A stretch of 60,764 nucleotides of DNA from an uncultured Clostridia bacterium (GTDB taxonomy: Bacteria; Bacillota; Clostridia; Oscillospirales; UBA644). This document shows, one piece after another, positions 48,418 through 57,800 of this stretch (positions are counted from its first letter, which is position 1; each line of letters starts with the position of its first letter). Under the pieces are notes generated by a model. It had not been told where the DNA came from, searched no databases, and saw nothing but the letters and a program-made list of their open reading frames with translations. The position numbers and the translations under genes were made by a program. The stretch spans positions 1 to 60,764 of the forward strand of contig CALXAO010000013.1 in the NCBI GenBank assembly GCA_944386295.1. Direction: 5' to 3'.

Positions 48418-50303
48418 GGCTTTTCCTCCTGAGAATGATGTTGTCCCAGCCAGATCAGGAGCACCGTTACATCTGCAGGGGAAACACCAGAAATTCGGCT
48501 TGCCTGGCCCACCGAAGCCGGACGAAGTTTATTTAGCTTTTGCTGGGCTTCAATCCGCAGACCTTGTACTGTAGTGTAATCCAGATCGGCAGGCAGTTTT
48601 TTATATTCTAGTTTTCGAAACTGTTCGGCTTGCCGCAGCTGTCGCTGAATATATCCTGCATATTTAAGGGAAATTTCTACCTGTTCTGTAACCGCTGCCG
48701 GGAGAAAAGGACGGTCTTTGTCCACTTCCGCGAGCAGCGCGTAATCCAATTCCGGACGGCGGAGCAGGTCGGCCAGAGAAATACCAGAAGCTGCCGGCGC
48801 AGAATTCCTGCTGGCCAGCAGATTGGAAACCTGTTCCGGGGAAAACCATGTATGCTCTGTCCGTTGGATTTCGGTTTCCACTTGCCGGTATTTTTCTCGA
48901 AATCGGGCATAGCGTTCTTCGGAAATCAATCCGATTTCATAACCCAAAGGAGTCAGCCGGGCATCTGCGTTGTCCTGCCGCAGGAGAAGCCGGTATTCCG
49001 AACGGGAGGTCATCATCCGGTAAGGTTCCCGGGTCCCCTTGGTTACCAGATCATCAATTAGTGTCCCGATGTAGGAGGAACTCCGGTCCAGGGTTACCTG
49101 TTGTTTTCCTCTGCAGCGGTGGGCAGCATTAATGCCGGCAATTAATCCCTGGGCAGCGGCTTCTTCATAACCTGAGGTTCCGTTAAACTGTCCGGCGCCA
49201 TACAGCCCTGGAAATTCCCGGAATTCCAATGTGGGCAGTAGCTGCAGCGGGTCAGCGCAGTCGTATTCAATGGCGTAGGCAGTGCGCATGATCCGGGCAT
49301 GGGAAAAACCAGGTAGGGTCCGCAGCATTTTTTCCTGGACCTCTTCCGGCAGAGAAGAAGAAAAACCCTGCAAATACATTTCATCGGTAGTTTCTCCCAT
49401 GGGTTCCAGGAACAGTTGGTGCCGGGGCTTATCAGCAAAGCGTACCACTTTGTCTTCAATAGACGGACAGTACCGAGGACCGATGCCTTCAATTTTTCCG
49501 GAATACAGAGGGGATCGGTGCAGATTTTCCCGAATAACCCGATGGGTTTCCTCGTTTGTATAAACCAAATAACATTCCCTGGTATTCGGTCCAAGATCCC
49601 TGCCTTCGTTTTCAAAGGAAAAAGGGACTACCGGGGTGTCTCCATATTGAGGTTCCAGCTGGGACAGATCTACCGAGGTTCGGAGAATCCGAGGAGGTGT
49701 TCCGGTTTTAAAACGCATTAACTCTAGTCCCAAAGCTCGGAGCCGTTCCGTAAGCAGGGTAGCAGGGAACATTCCATCCGGTCCGCTGGGGTAGGTCTCA
49801 TCCCCTACAATAATCCGGCCTTGCAAATAGGTTCCGCAGGCTAAGATTACACTCTTAGCTCTGTGTACTGCACCCAGTCGGGTGACAATTTCCCAGCCAA
49901 TTTTGGTTTTACGTAAATCTACAATTTCCGCCTGCCGCAGGCTCAGGTTTGGGGTGGTTTCGGCGGTGTGCTTCATAATGTCTTGATATTTTCGGCGGTC
50001 GGCCTGAATTCGCAGGGAATGAACCGCTGGCCCCTTGCCTCGGTTCAACATTCGGCTTTGTAAAAACACCCGGTCGGCCACTTTTCCCATCTCACCTCCC
50101 AGGGCGTCAATTTCTCGGACCAAATGGCCCTTGGCGGTACCTCCAATGGAGGGATTGCAGGGCATATTGCCTACCGCGTCTAAATTAATGGTAAACAAAA
50201 CGGTCTGACAACCCAACCGGGCAGCCGCAAATGCCGCTTCCAAGCCTGCGTGTCCGGCCCCAACAACGGCGATATCCCAGGTTGCTGCACTATATTCGGT
50301 CAA
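48414..50303 (-). CDS. mnmG: tRNA modification enzyme MnmG (GidA)
   Basis: GAGHAG, CNPSIGG, GPRYCPSIEDK, GTSGYEEA; TTG start after AGGAGG. Confidence 0.96.
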   Translation of the reverse strand: MTEYSAATWDIAVVGAGHAGLEAAFAAARLGCQTVLFTINLDAVGNMPCNPSIGGTAKGHLVREIDALGGEMGKVADRVFLQSRMLNRGKGPAVHSLRIQADRRKYQDIMKHTAETTPNLSLRQAEIVDLRKTKIGWEIVTRLGAVHRAKSVILACGTYLQGRIIVGDETYPSGPDGMFPATLLTERLRALGLELMRFKTGTPPRILRTSVDLSQLEPQYGDTPVVPFSFENEGRDLGPNTRECYLVYTNEETHRVIRENLHRSPLYSGKIEGIGPRYCPSIEDKVVRFADKPRHQLFLEPMGETTDEMYLQGFSSSLPEEVQEKMLRTLPGFSHARIMRTAYAIEYDCADPLQLLPTLEFREFPGLYGAGQFNGTSGYEEAAAQGLIAGINAAHRCRGKQQVTLDRSSSYIGTLIDDLVTKGTREPYRMMTSRSEYRLLLRQDNADARLTPLGYEIGLISEERYARFREKYRQVETEIQRTEHTWFSPEQVSNLLASRNSAPAASGISLADLLRRPELDYALLAEVDKDRPFLPAAVTEQVEISLKYAGYIQRQLRQAEQFRKLEYKKLPADLDYTTVQGLRIEAQQKLNKLRPASVGQASRISGVSPADVTVLLIWLGQHHSQEEKP

Positions 50304-50316
50304 AATCCGTCTCCTC

Positions 50317-51669
50317 CTATTTTCCCACACAAAAGCGGGAAAAAATATCCGTCACAATCTGCTCCGATACCGTTTTTCCAGTCAATTCCCCAATGGCCGC
50401 TAGGGCATCTTCCCCATCGGCCAGCAGTACGTCTGGTGTCATTCTCTGATTTTTTACTGCCCGGGTCAGCGCTTCTTCTGCTCGGCATAAACATTGGTAA
50501 TGTCGTAAATCGCAGAGTAGTTCCCCATTTTCTGTAGGCTTATCCAACAAAAGTCGGGCTGGCAGACTGGCCAGCTGATCAAATCCGTCTCCTGTGATTG
50601 CGCTAACAGTTACTATGGCATTCGCACCGGGAAATTCTTTTGTTTGCCGGAAGATGCCTAAGTCTGATTTGTTCAGCAGTACAATTTTTTTCGCGCCTGA
50701 CGGCAGAGCAGCAAACTCCGCTGCTTCTTCTGGAGTTGTCGCTGCGGCTCCGTCACAGACCCACAAAATCAACTCTGCTCGAGCCAGAGCTGCCCGGGTC
50801 CGATCTACGCCTAACTGTTCTACGTGGTCATCGGTTTGGTGCAAGCCTGCCGTGTCTGTCAGACATAGCTTTAGTCCACTTAGAGTTATCGTTTCTTCCA
50901 CCGTATCCCGGGTGGTTCCTGGGATATCAGTTACAATGCTCCGCTCGTAGCCTATCAGGCGATTCATGACGCTGGATTTTCCGGCGTTAGGTCTTCCTGC
51001 AATAACAGTGGCTATTCCATCCCGAATTTTCCGGCCATCGGAATAGGATGCAAGCAACTTCCGAATTCGACTGAGACAGTCTTCCAGCCGGAGGCTTAGT
51101 TCTTCTGGGGGAATTTCTCCGATTTCATCGTCTGGGTAATCCACATAGGCCAGCAGGGGAGAAATCAGTTCCAGCAGCGCAGTGTTGATTTCTTCTAGTC
51201 TTGCCGACAACTGACCTTTCATTTGAGCTAAGGCGGCATCCGCCGCCCGTTGGCTATCTGCGGCAATTAAATCAGCCACTCCTTCGGCTTCGGTCAGATC
51301 CAATTTTCCATTCAAAAAGGCTTGCTTCGTAAATTCCCCCCGTTCTGCCTGCCGTGCTCCGCAAGCAATCAACCGGCACAGGGCCTGCTGGAGTAAAAAC
51401 GGATTTCCGTGACAGGAAATTTCCACCGTGTCCTCTCCGGTATAGCTGTGAGGCGCCCGGAAAGACGCCACGATTACGCGGTCCAATTCCCGGTCACCAT
51501 CCATAAGCGCGCCGTAGGCCAAAGCTCTGGGGCAGTCTTCCGCCAACGCTCCGGAAAAAAAATGCAACGCTTTTTTGGCCACCAGGAAGGCTTCCGGCCC
51601 CGACAGGCGCAGCACACCGATTGCGGATGGGGCAAAGGGGGTTGCCAGAGCCACGATGGTATGATTCAT
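50317..51669 (-). CDS. mnmE: tRNA modification GTPase MnmE (TrmE)
   Basis: GRPNAGKS, GTTRD, DTAG, NKSD, FCVGK. Confidence 0.96.
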   Translation of the reverse strand: MNHTIVALATPFAPSAIGVLRLSGPEAFLVAKKALHFFSGALAEDCPRALAYGALMDGDRELDRVIVASFRAPHSYTGEDTVEISCHGNPFLLQQALCRLIACGARQAERGEFTKQAFLNGKLDLTEAEGVADLIAADSQRAADAALAQMKGQLSARLEEINTALLELISPLLAYVDYPDDEIGEIPPEELSLRLEDCLSRIRKLLASYSDGRKIRDGIATVIAGRPNAGKSSVMNRLIGYERSIVTDIPGTTRDTVEETITLSGLKLCLTDTAGLHQTDDHVEQLGVDRTRAALARAELILWVCDGAAATTPEEAAEFAALPSGAKKIVLLNKSDLGIFRQTKEFPGANAIVTVSAITGDGFDQLASLPARLLLDKPTENGELLCDLRHYQCLCRAEEALTRAVKNQRMTPDVLLADGEDALAAIGELTGKTVSEQIVTDIFSRFCVGK

Positions 51670-51723
51670 AGGGTGTTTCCTTTCTGCAAAAATGCCGCCC
51701 GGATTTGCCCGGACGGCTGACTG

Positions 51724-52602
51724 TCATTTCATATTGAAAGGGGTTCCGCCGGAAACCGGGGTCGTGGTGGATTTTGCGCCGGAAAGCTTTTCCCCCGGCA
51801 GCCGGGTGATTTCCCCGGCAAAGGGTTTGCTATCCGTTGTCTCTTCCGTTTTTCTTGGAGGACGGCGGTCACGGTTTCCATCCCGGTAGGATGGCTTTTT
51901 CCCACCGTTCCGATTTCCTCCCGGTCGTCTGTTTCCTTCGGACGGGCGGGAGCCGTCTCTGGGTTTGCGGGGCGGCATGGGGGCTTCCGTTCCGGTGTAG
52001 GAAACCACTACCCGACGGTTGGGATCTTCTCCAATGGAATGGGTACTAATGTCCTTTATGTCTACTAAGGCAGAATGAATAATCCGCCGCTGAAAGGAGG
52101 TCATTGGCTGCAAAGTTACTCGACGGTGCTGCCGCAGTACCTGGGCTGCGGTCTTTGCGGCCAAAGCTTCTAACCGTTCCTTGGTCCGTTCTTTGTAATC
52201 GTTTACATTAAAGGAAATTTTATAGTACTCGCCGCATTCCTTACTTACTACCAGGGACAACAGCAGCTGAAGCGCATCAACGCCCTCTCCCCGACTGCGC
52301 TGGAGTACATTTGCGCCCTCGCCGGTTACCTGTATTGCAATATTTTTTTCTTCGTCTACTGTAATATTCAGTTCGTAATCGGTAATTTTCATCCGGGAAA
52401 ATAAGCCTACCAGATATTCCCGGGCACAGCCTGCAGGATTCGCGGTATAGGTTACTTTAATTACCGCCATTTTCGCGCCAATGCCCAAAAATCCCTTCGA
52501 TGGCATTTCCACGACCTCATGGGAAAACTCATCGTGTCCCAATTCCTGTTGGGCCAGTTCCAGAGCCTCCTCCAATGTTTTGGCCGTATATAATTTTTCC
52601 AT
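51724..52602 (-). CDS. jag: RNA-binding protein Jag/EloR
   Basis: Jag_N KGFLGIG, KH-like region, R3H RRIIH. Confidence 0.9.
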   Translation of the reverse strand: MEKLYTAKTLEEALELAQQELGHDEFSHEVVEMPSKGFLGIGAKMAVIKVTYTANPAGCAREYLVGLFSRMKITDYELNITVDEEKNIAIQVTGEGANVLQRSRGEGVDALQLLLSLVVSKECGEYYKISFNVNDYKERTKERLEALAAKTAAQVLRQHRRVTLQPMTSFQRRIIHSALVDIKDISTHSIGEDPNRRVVVSYTGTEAPMPPRKPRDGSRPSEGNRRPGGNRNGGKKPSYRDGNRDRRPPRKTEETTDSKPFAGEITRLPGEKLSGAKSTTTPVSGGTPFNMK

Positions 52603-52617
52603 GATTCTGTTCCTTTC

Positions 52618-53655
52618 TTATTCCTGTTCCTTATCCGGATTTTCTGTTTCTGGTTCCTTCCTGCTTTGTTCATGTTCTTCCGGAGACAGGCCCAGCCGTT
52701 CCATTTTTTGAATTTGATTGTAATTCAATTTTTTCGGCTCTTTTTTCCGTGCTTCTCTCCGGGCTACCGCCGGATCTACCGGCGCTTTAATAAAGCGGGG
52801 CAACAGCGCAGCCTGCAGCATGGAAAGCAGGTTGCTGGCAATCCAGTAGAGAGCAACGCCGAAGAACATGGAAAATCCGATCCACAGGGAAAATAAGGGC
52901 ATGATAACCATCATGGTATTCATACTCTTCTGCGTGGGATCGTTTTTGTCGGCATTGGGAGGGCGGTTGATCCTCATGGTAATGAAGGAGGTCAAAAAAG
53001 AAGTCAGACAGCAGAGAATCGGTACGATGACCGACCAACTGGTCAACTCCGGGTCCAGTCCCAGATTAATGCCAAAAAAGTCAATGTTGATGCCCTGGAA
53101 TCCCTCCGGCAGTAAACCGCTTACCTTGTCCCAGTTCTGATTAATGGCGTCGGCAACAATCAATTCTTTGGTCTGGGCGATTTTTAGTGTGTTTTCTGCA
53201 GAAACGTCCTGTAGCATTCCGGTAATGGATTCGACTCCGGCGTTTTTTAGTGTGTTTACTACTTCCTCTAATTGATTGGGCGTTACGTCACATAAATAGG
53301 TTAACGGCCGGCGGACAGCATTCCACATTCCGAAAATCAGCGGCAACTGAATCAACTGAGGCAGACAGCCGGCAAAAGGGCTGTAGTTTTCTTTTGTGTA
53401 CAGTTCCTGCAATTCCTGTTGGTAGCGGGGATCCCGGTTATTGTTACCGTATTTTTCGGCCAGAGCTTTCATTTTGGGCTGGAAGGCCTGCATTCTCAGA
53501 CGGTTCCGCTCATTTTTAATCCCCGCGGGCAGCATCAGTACCTTAGCGACAACGGCAAACAGAATAATTGCCACCCCATAATTACTCGTCAGCAGATACA
53601 GCAACCGCAGTACCCAGGCAATGGGTACATAAATAATGTCTAACAAATTGTTCAT
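52618..53655 (-). CDS. yidC: Membrane protein insertase YidC
   Basis: NYGVAII, GCLP.LIQLP, ALYWIASN. Confidence 0.93.
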   Translation of the reverse strand: MNNLLDIIYVPIAWVLRLLYLLTSNYGVAIILFAVVAKVLMLPAGIKNERNRLRMQAFQPKMKALAEKYGNNNRDPRYQQELQELYTKENYSPFAGCLPQLIQLPLIFGMWNAVRRPLTYLCDVTPNQLEEVVNTLKNAGVESITGMLQDVSAENTLKIAQTKELIVADAINQNWDKVSGLLPEGFQGINIDFFGINLGLDPELTSWSVIVPILCCLTSFLTSFITMRINRPPNADKNDPTQKSMNTMMVIMPLFSLWIGFSMFFGVALYWIASNLLSMLQAALLPRFIKAPVDPAVARREARKKEPKKLNYNQIQKMERLGLSPEEHEQSRKEPETENPDKEQE

Positions 53656-53674
53656 TTTTTACTCGTTTCTCCTC

Positions 53675-53938
53675 TTACCGGCGGTTTTGTCCGGTCTGGG
53701 ACATTTTGGCGCTTTTCAATTCTTGCTCCGGCACCGGGTCAAACCCTCCTTTTGAAAAAGGATTGCACCGAAGGATCCGCCATGCCGCAAGTCTTCCGCC
53801 TTTCCACAGCCCGTAGGTCTCAATGGCCTGCAGGGCATATTCAGAACAGGTGGGGACATATTTGCAGCAGGAGGGGGTGTAAGGGGAAACAGTCCTCTGG
53901 TAAAACCGGATGAGCGCCAACGCCGTCCGCTTCAGCAT
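53675..53938 (-). CDS. yidD: Membrane protein insertion efficiency factor YidD
   Basis: CKYVPTCSEY, RILRCNPF..GG.DPVP. Confidence 0.93.
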   Translation of the reverse strand: MLKRTALALIRFYQRTVSPYTPSCCKYVPTCSEYALQAIETYGLWKGGRLAAWRILRCNPFSKGGFDPVPEQELKSAKMSQTGQNRR

Positions 53939-54273
53939 AAAAGCAGCCCCTCTTTTTTCAGTGCGGCAAGCAATTCCTGCTGTATCACATTCATCGACAC
54001 GCAAGAAGTCCTTGTCCGTGCCACAAGGATCAAGTCATAACCCTTTGCGATTTGATTTTGGCTCAGCCGATAGGCCTCCCGCAAAACCCGGCGGGCCCGA
54101 TTGCGCTGAACAGCGATTCCAATGGTTTTGGAAGCCGTAATCCCGATCCGGTTACGGTCCAAGCCGTTCCGACGATAATAAACCACGAAAAGAGGCTTCA
54201 CGATGCTCTTTCCGCTGCGATACAGACGACGGAACATCCGATCCTTGCAAATCGTTTCCACTCCGTGTCTCAT
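53932..54273 (-). CDS. rnpA: Ribonuclease P protein
   Basis: RIGIT.SK, AVQRNRARR. Confidence 0.94.
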   Translation of the reverse strand: MRHGVETICKDRMFRRLYRSGKSIVKPLFVVYYRRNGLDRNRIGITASKTIGIAVQRNRARRVLREAYRLSQNQIAKGYDLILVARTRTSCVSMNVIQQELLAALKKEGLLLC

Positions 54274-54407
54274 CAGTGGGTCAACTGCTTTCTTCCTTTT
54301 GCGCGTCTTCTTGCCAGGACTTTTCGTCCGTTGGAGGTCTTCATTCTTTTACGGAAGCCGTGTTCCATGCTGCGCTGCCGCTTTTTCGGCTGGTAGGTGC
54401 GAACCAT
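54273..54407 (-). CDS. rpmH: 50S ribosomal protein L34 (not in the ORF track)
   Basis: [44 protein letters not shown]; GGAGGG RBS. Confidence 0.97.
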   Translation of the reverse strand: MVRTYQPKKRQRSMEHGFRKRMKTSNGRKVLARRRAKGRKQLTH

Positions 54408-54474
54408 CTTTCATCACCCTCCTTTCGGTCTTTTCCGGAAAAATGGGCAGAATACGCCCCTCCGGCATTTTATT

Positions 54475-54503
54475 ATTATATAACAAAATCTGGGGCTTGT
54501 CAA
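54475..54503 (-). promoter_or_regulatory. Consensus sigma-A promoter of the rpmH operon
   Basis: TTGACA-17 bp-TATAAT. Confidence 0.85.
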
Positions 54504-54605
54504 GCACCAAACAGCACTTTTTTAAGAAACGAACTTAAACTTTTTGAAAAATCCGCCGCGTTCTTTGCAAAATGTTAAGATTTGGAAACAATATCCCAAT
54601 ATTTC

Positions 54606-54634
54606 TTGACAGCTTGCATTCAATGTGATATATT
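54606..54634 (+). promoter_or_regulatory. Putative promoter of the RHS gene
   Basis: TTGACA-17 bp-TATATT with extended TG. Confidence 0.6.
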
Positions 54635-54826
54635 TATCTTATAAGTGAATAAAAATCCTGTGCATATCGACTAAAGGCATTTTAAAATATATTTGAAAGT
54701 GCAATTTTCCCTTCTAAATTTTCAGCTGTTTCATGTTTTTTAATGGGGCAGAAAAATGTTAATACAGAGAAAGCGGTCAGTTAAGCGCGAAAGTGATGTT
54801 AAATAAAAAAGCAGAAGGGGTTCGTA

Positions 54827-57800
54827 ATGAAAATTTCGAGGGTTGTAAAAGGATTTGCGTTTTGTTTGGCTTTGTCCTTGGCCGTACAGGTGATGCCCTC
54901 TGCGGCGGTGCGGATATTTGCATCGGAGGCCGCCGTCCGGCCGGCGAAAACAGAGGTTTCTGCTGTTTCGGATTCCGAGGTGGCTTCTTCCGGAACCGCG
55001 GAGGATACAGCGGAACCTGTGGTGCAGTTTGAACTGACCGAGGAACGGACCGCTGCGGGCAAAGTGTTCCGTGTAAGCGACGGGTCCCGGCTGGCGGTTG
55101 CCTACGCTACGCCGGTACATTATGAACAGGACGGCCAATGGCTGGAGATTGACAATACCCCTGCAGTTTGAAGCGGCCGGCTCCAACGGCGATTTTGCCG
55201 GATATGTCAACGGGGGAAATTCCTTCCAAGCCAGATTCGCCGCCGTTTCGGATGCTTCCGGCCGTCTGTTCCGGGTTTCGGAAGGTGGGTATTCGGTACA
55301 GTGGTCTCTTCCCGGAGCTTCCGTGACTGAGCTTCAGCTGGAAGGGGAACAGCACCGTCCTGCGGTGTTTGCGGCGTTGGAGCCTTTGCAGCAGCAGGGA
55401 GTGAAACTGTCCCAGGTGAATGCCTCACGTCTGGTGACCCATCCGGAACGGCTGACCGATCAGGTCTGCTATTCTGGCCTGAAGCCCGGGGTTGACCTGC
55501 GTTACACTCTGTTGCCCAATGGGGTTAAGGAAGAAATTGTTCTTTCCGCTCCCCAGGCGTCCTATGTCTTTACCTTTCGTTTGGAAGCGGCGGGGTTGAC
55601 GGCCCGAAGCCTCTCCGACGGAAGTATTTTGTTCTGTGATAGTAAGGATGAGGAAGTCTTTTTTATTCCTGCTCCCTATATGACCGATGCCGGGGGAAAT
55701 GTTTCCCGCGCGGTGGAATACCGCTTGTCTCCTTTGTCCGGCGGCCAATGGGATTTAACGGTAGAAGCAGATTCCAGCTGGATGGAAACCGCCATCTTTC
55801 CGGTGGTTATTGACCCCAGTATTGTAACGTCCAATGTGCGGCAGTATGCGACTGGAGAGGGCATCAATCCTTTTTATGCCAATGTGGGGAAGGGCCCGTC
55901 TTCGTATTACGAATTGTATACGGTTTTTCCCACACTGCCGGCGCTGCCTGCGTCCGCCCGGGTCATTTCTGCCACAGTGCAGTATCCCCAGGACCCTGCG
56001 GGAGGAGATTCCTTCCGGATTTATGCCTATGAGGTGCTTTCCTCCTGGCAGCTATACAATTTCTCTCCGCCGTCAGTCAGTTCTTCCCCGGTGGCTTATG
56101 TGAATACCGCGGGAAATAACGGCGGTCTGCTGTCTATGGATGTGACGGCCCTGATTCAGAAATGGTATACGCAGCAGAATTTTGGGATCAAGCTGCGGGC
56201 CTCCGATTTGAATCGGACCGACAGTGTGCTTCTGGCTGCACCCTCATTGCTGCTGTCCTTCCGGGATACCGCCGGACTGGAACCGTATTATACATATTCT
56301 TCCATGGAGACGGGCGATGTGGGATTGTACGTGTCCCATGCCTCCGGTGCGTTGACCGGCGTTTACAGTGACTTTGTTTCAGAGCAGCCGATTTTTCCGG
56401 TGTCCTTCAGCCATGTTTACGGGATGGATCGGTGGGCATCGGAACTGCTGGCGGTAGACTATCCCGACCTGTATGCCGGCCGGGGCTGGAAACTTTCTTT
56501 TCAGCAGACCGTTCGGTGGCATGTTTCTTGGGATCGGTATATCTATACCGATGCCGACGGTACCGTTCATTACTTCGGCGGGAATACCGGGAATTCTGTG
56601 TATTACGACGAGGATGGACTGGGGATTACCCTGACCCTGACTTCCGATTCGGAAGGGGATAAAATTCTTCTGACCTGGTCGGACGGGTCCCGGAAGGTGT
56701 TCCGGATTCACAGCAATGAGGTTGCTTATCTGCTACGGGAGGAAACCGAAACCGGGCAGTCTGTCCGTTATGTATACGATTCCGGCGGAACCCGGGTGGT
56801 TTCTGTTCTTGGCCCGAATTACAGCGCTTCTTCCGGAACTCGGGTAAATTTTTCCTACGACAGCAGCGGGTACCTTACTTCCGCCGCCTGTTCCTACCAG
56901 GGAACCGTGCAGCTGACCCTGTATTATACTTATACAAACGGGCGGCTGACTTCTGTGCAGAAGGTGTACGCGCCGGGCGTTTCGGATACGACCGCGTTTA
57001 CCTATTCCGTGGGAGATGAAACCGTTCCGGAGAATCTGGCGACGGTAACCGACGAAACCTCCGGGCTCCGTCTGAGCGTGGTCTGTGATCTGCGGAATCG
57101 AGTGCTGCGGATGCAGGAGATCTCAGTGGATGGTTTTGCCCAGACAGCAGGCCGTCAGGTGGGCTTTTCTTATCCCGGCGAGGGAATGACTGTGGTCCGG
57201 ACCGCCGGAGGGGACGACGTGTGGGGAAACAGCGATGACCGATATCTGCGTTACGGCCTGGACAATGCCGGCCGGACAAAGACAGTTACGTTGACCGACG
57301 GAGCAAACAATGTCTATTCCTCTTCCAACTATTCCTATTATGGGGAAGGCTCCAACGTGGTGTCCTATACCCAAGCCGACAATAGCCTGACCGGCGTGTC
57401 AACAGCGGGGATGAACCGGTTTTATGCTGGGCAAGCAGGCCTGCCCTTGGGATCCGCGTCTCCCAATGCGCTGGAAAATTCCAGCTTCGAGGGGAGTCTG
57501 TCCGGTTGGGAACCTGTCGGGACGGGCGTGAGCCGTTCTACCGAGCAGGCCCTCTTTGGCAGCTCGTCTCTTAAAATTACCGATGGAAAAGCATATCAAT
57601 ACTATTGGATTGATTATAACGGTGACGATGCTTTTAATACCACCACGGTATGTGTGTCCGGCTGGGCCAAGGCTTCTCAGGCCTACGGTCCGGATACTCC
57701 GGCAAAATTTTGCCTGCGGATTACGATGGACTCTTACGGCGAAAATGAGTCGTCTTCCTTTGTAACATTTACAAACACCTTGGAAGTTCCTTTTGTATGG

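Noticed and set aside
54635-54826. Riboswitch (for example c-di-GMP) in the long RHS leader
   Set aside because: Conserved aptamer motifs and a terminator are not recognisable; an Rfam scan would settle it.
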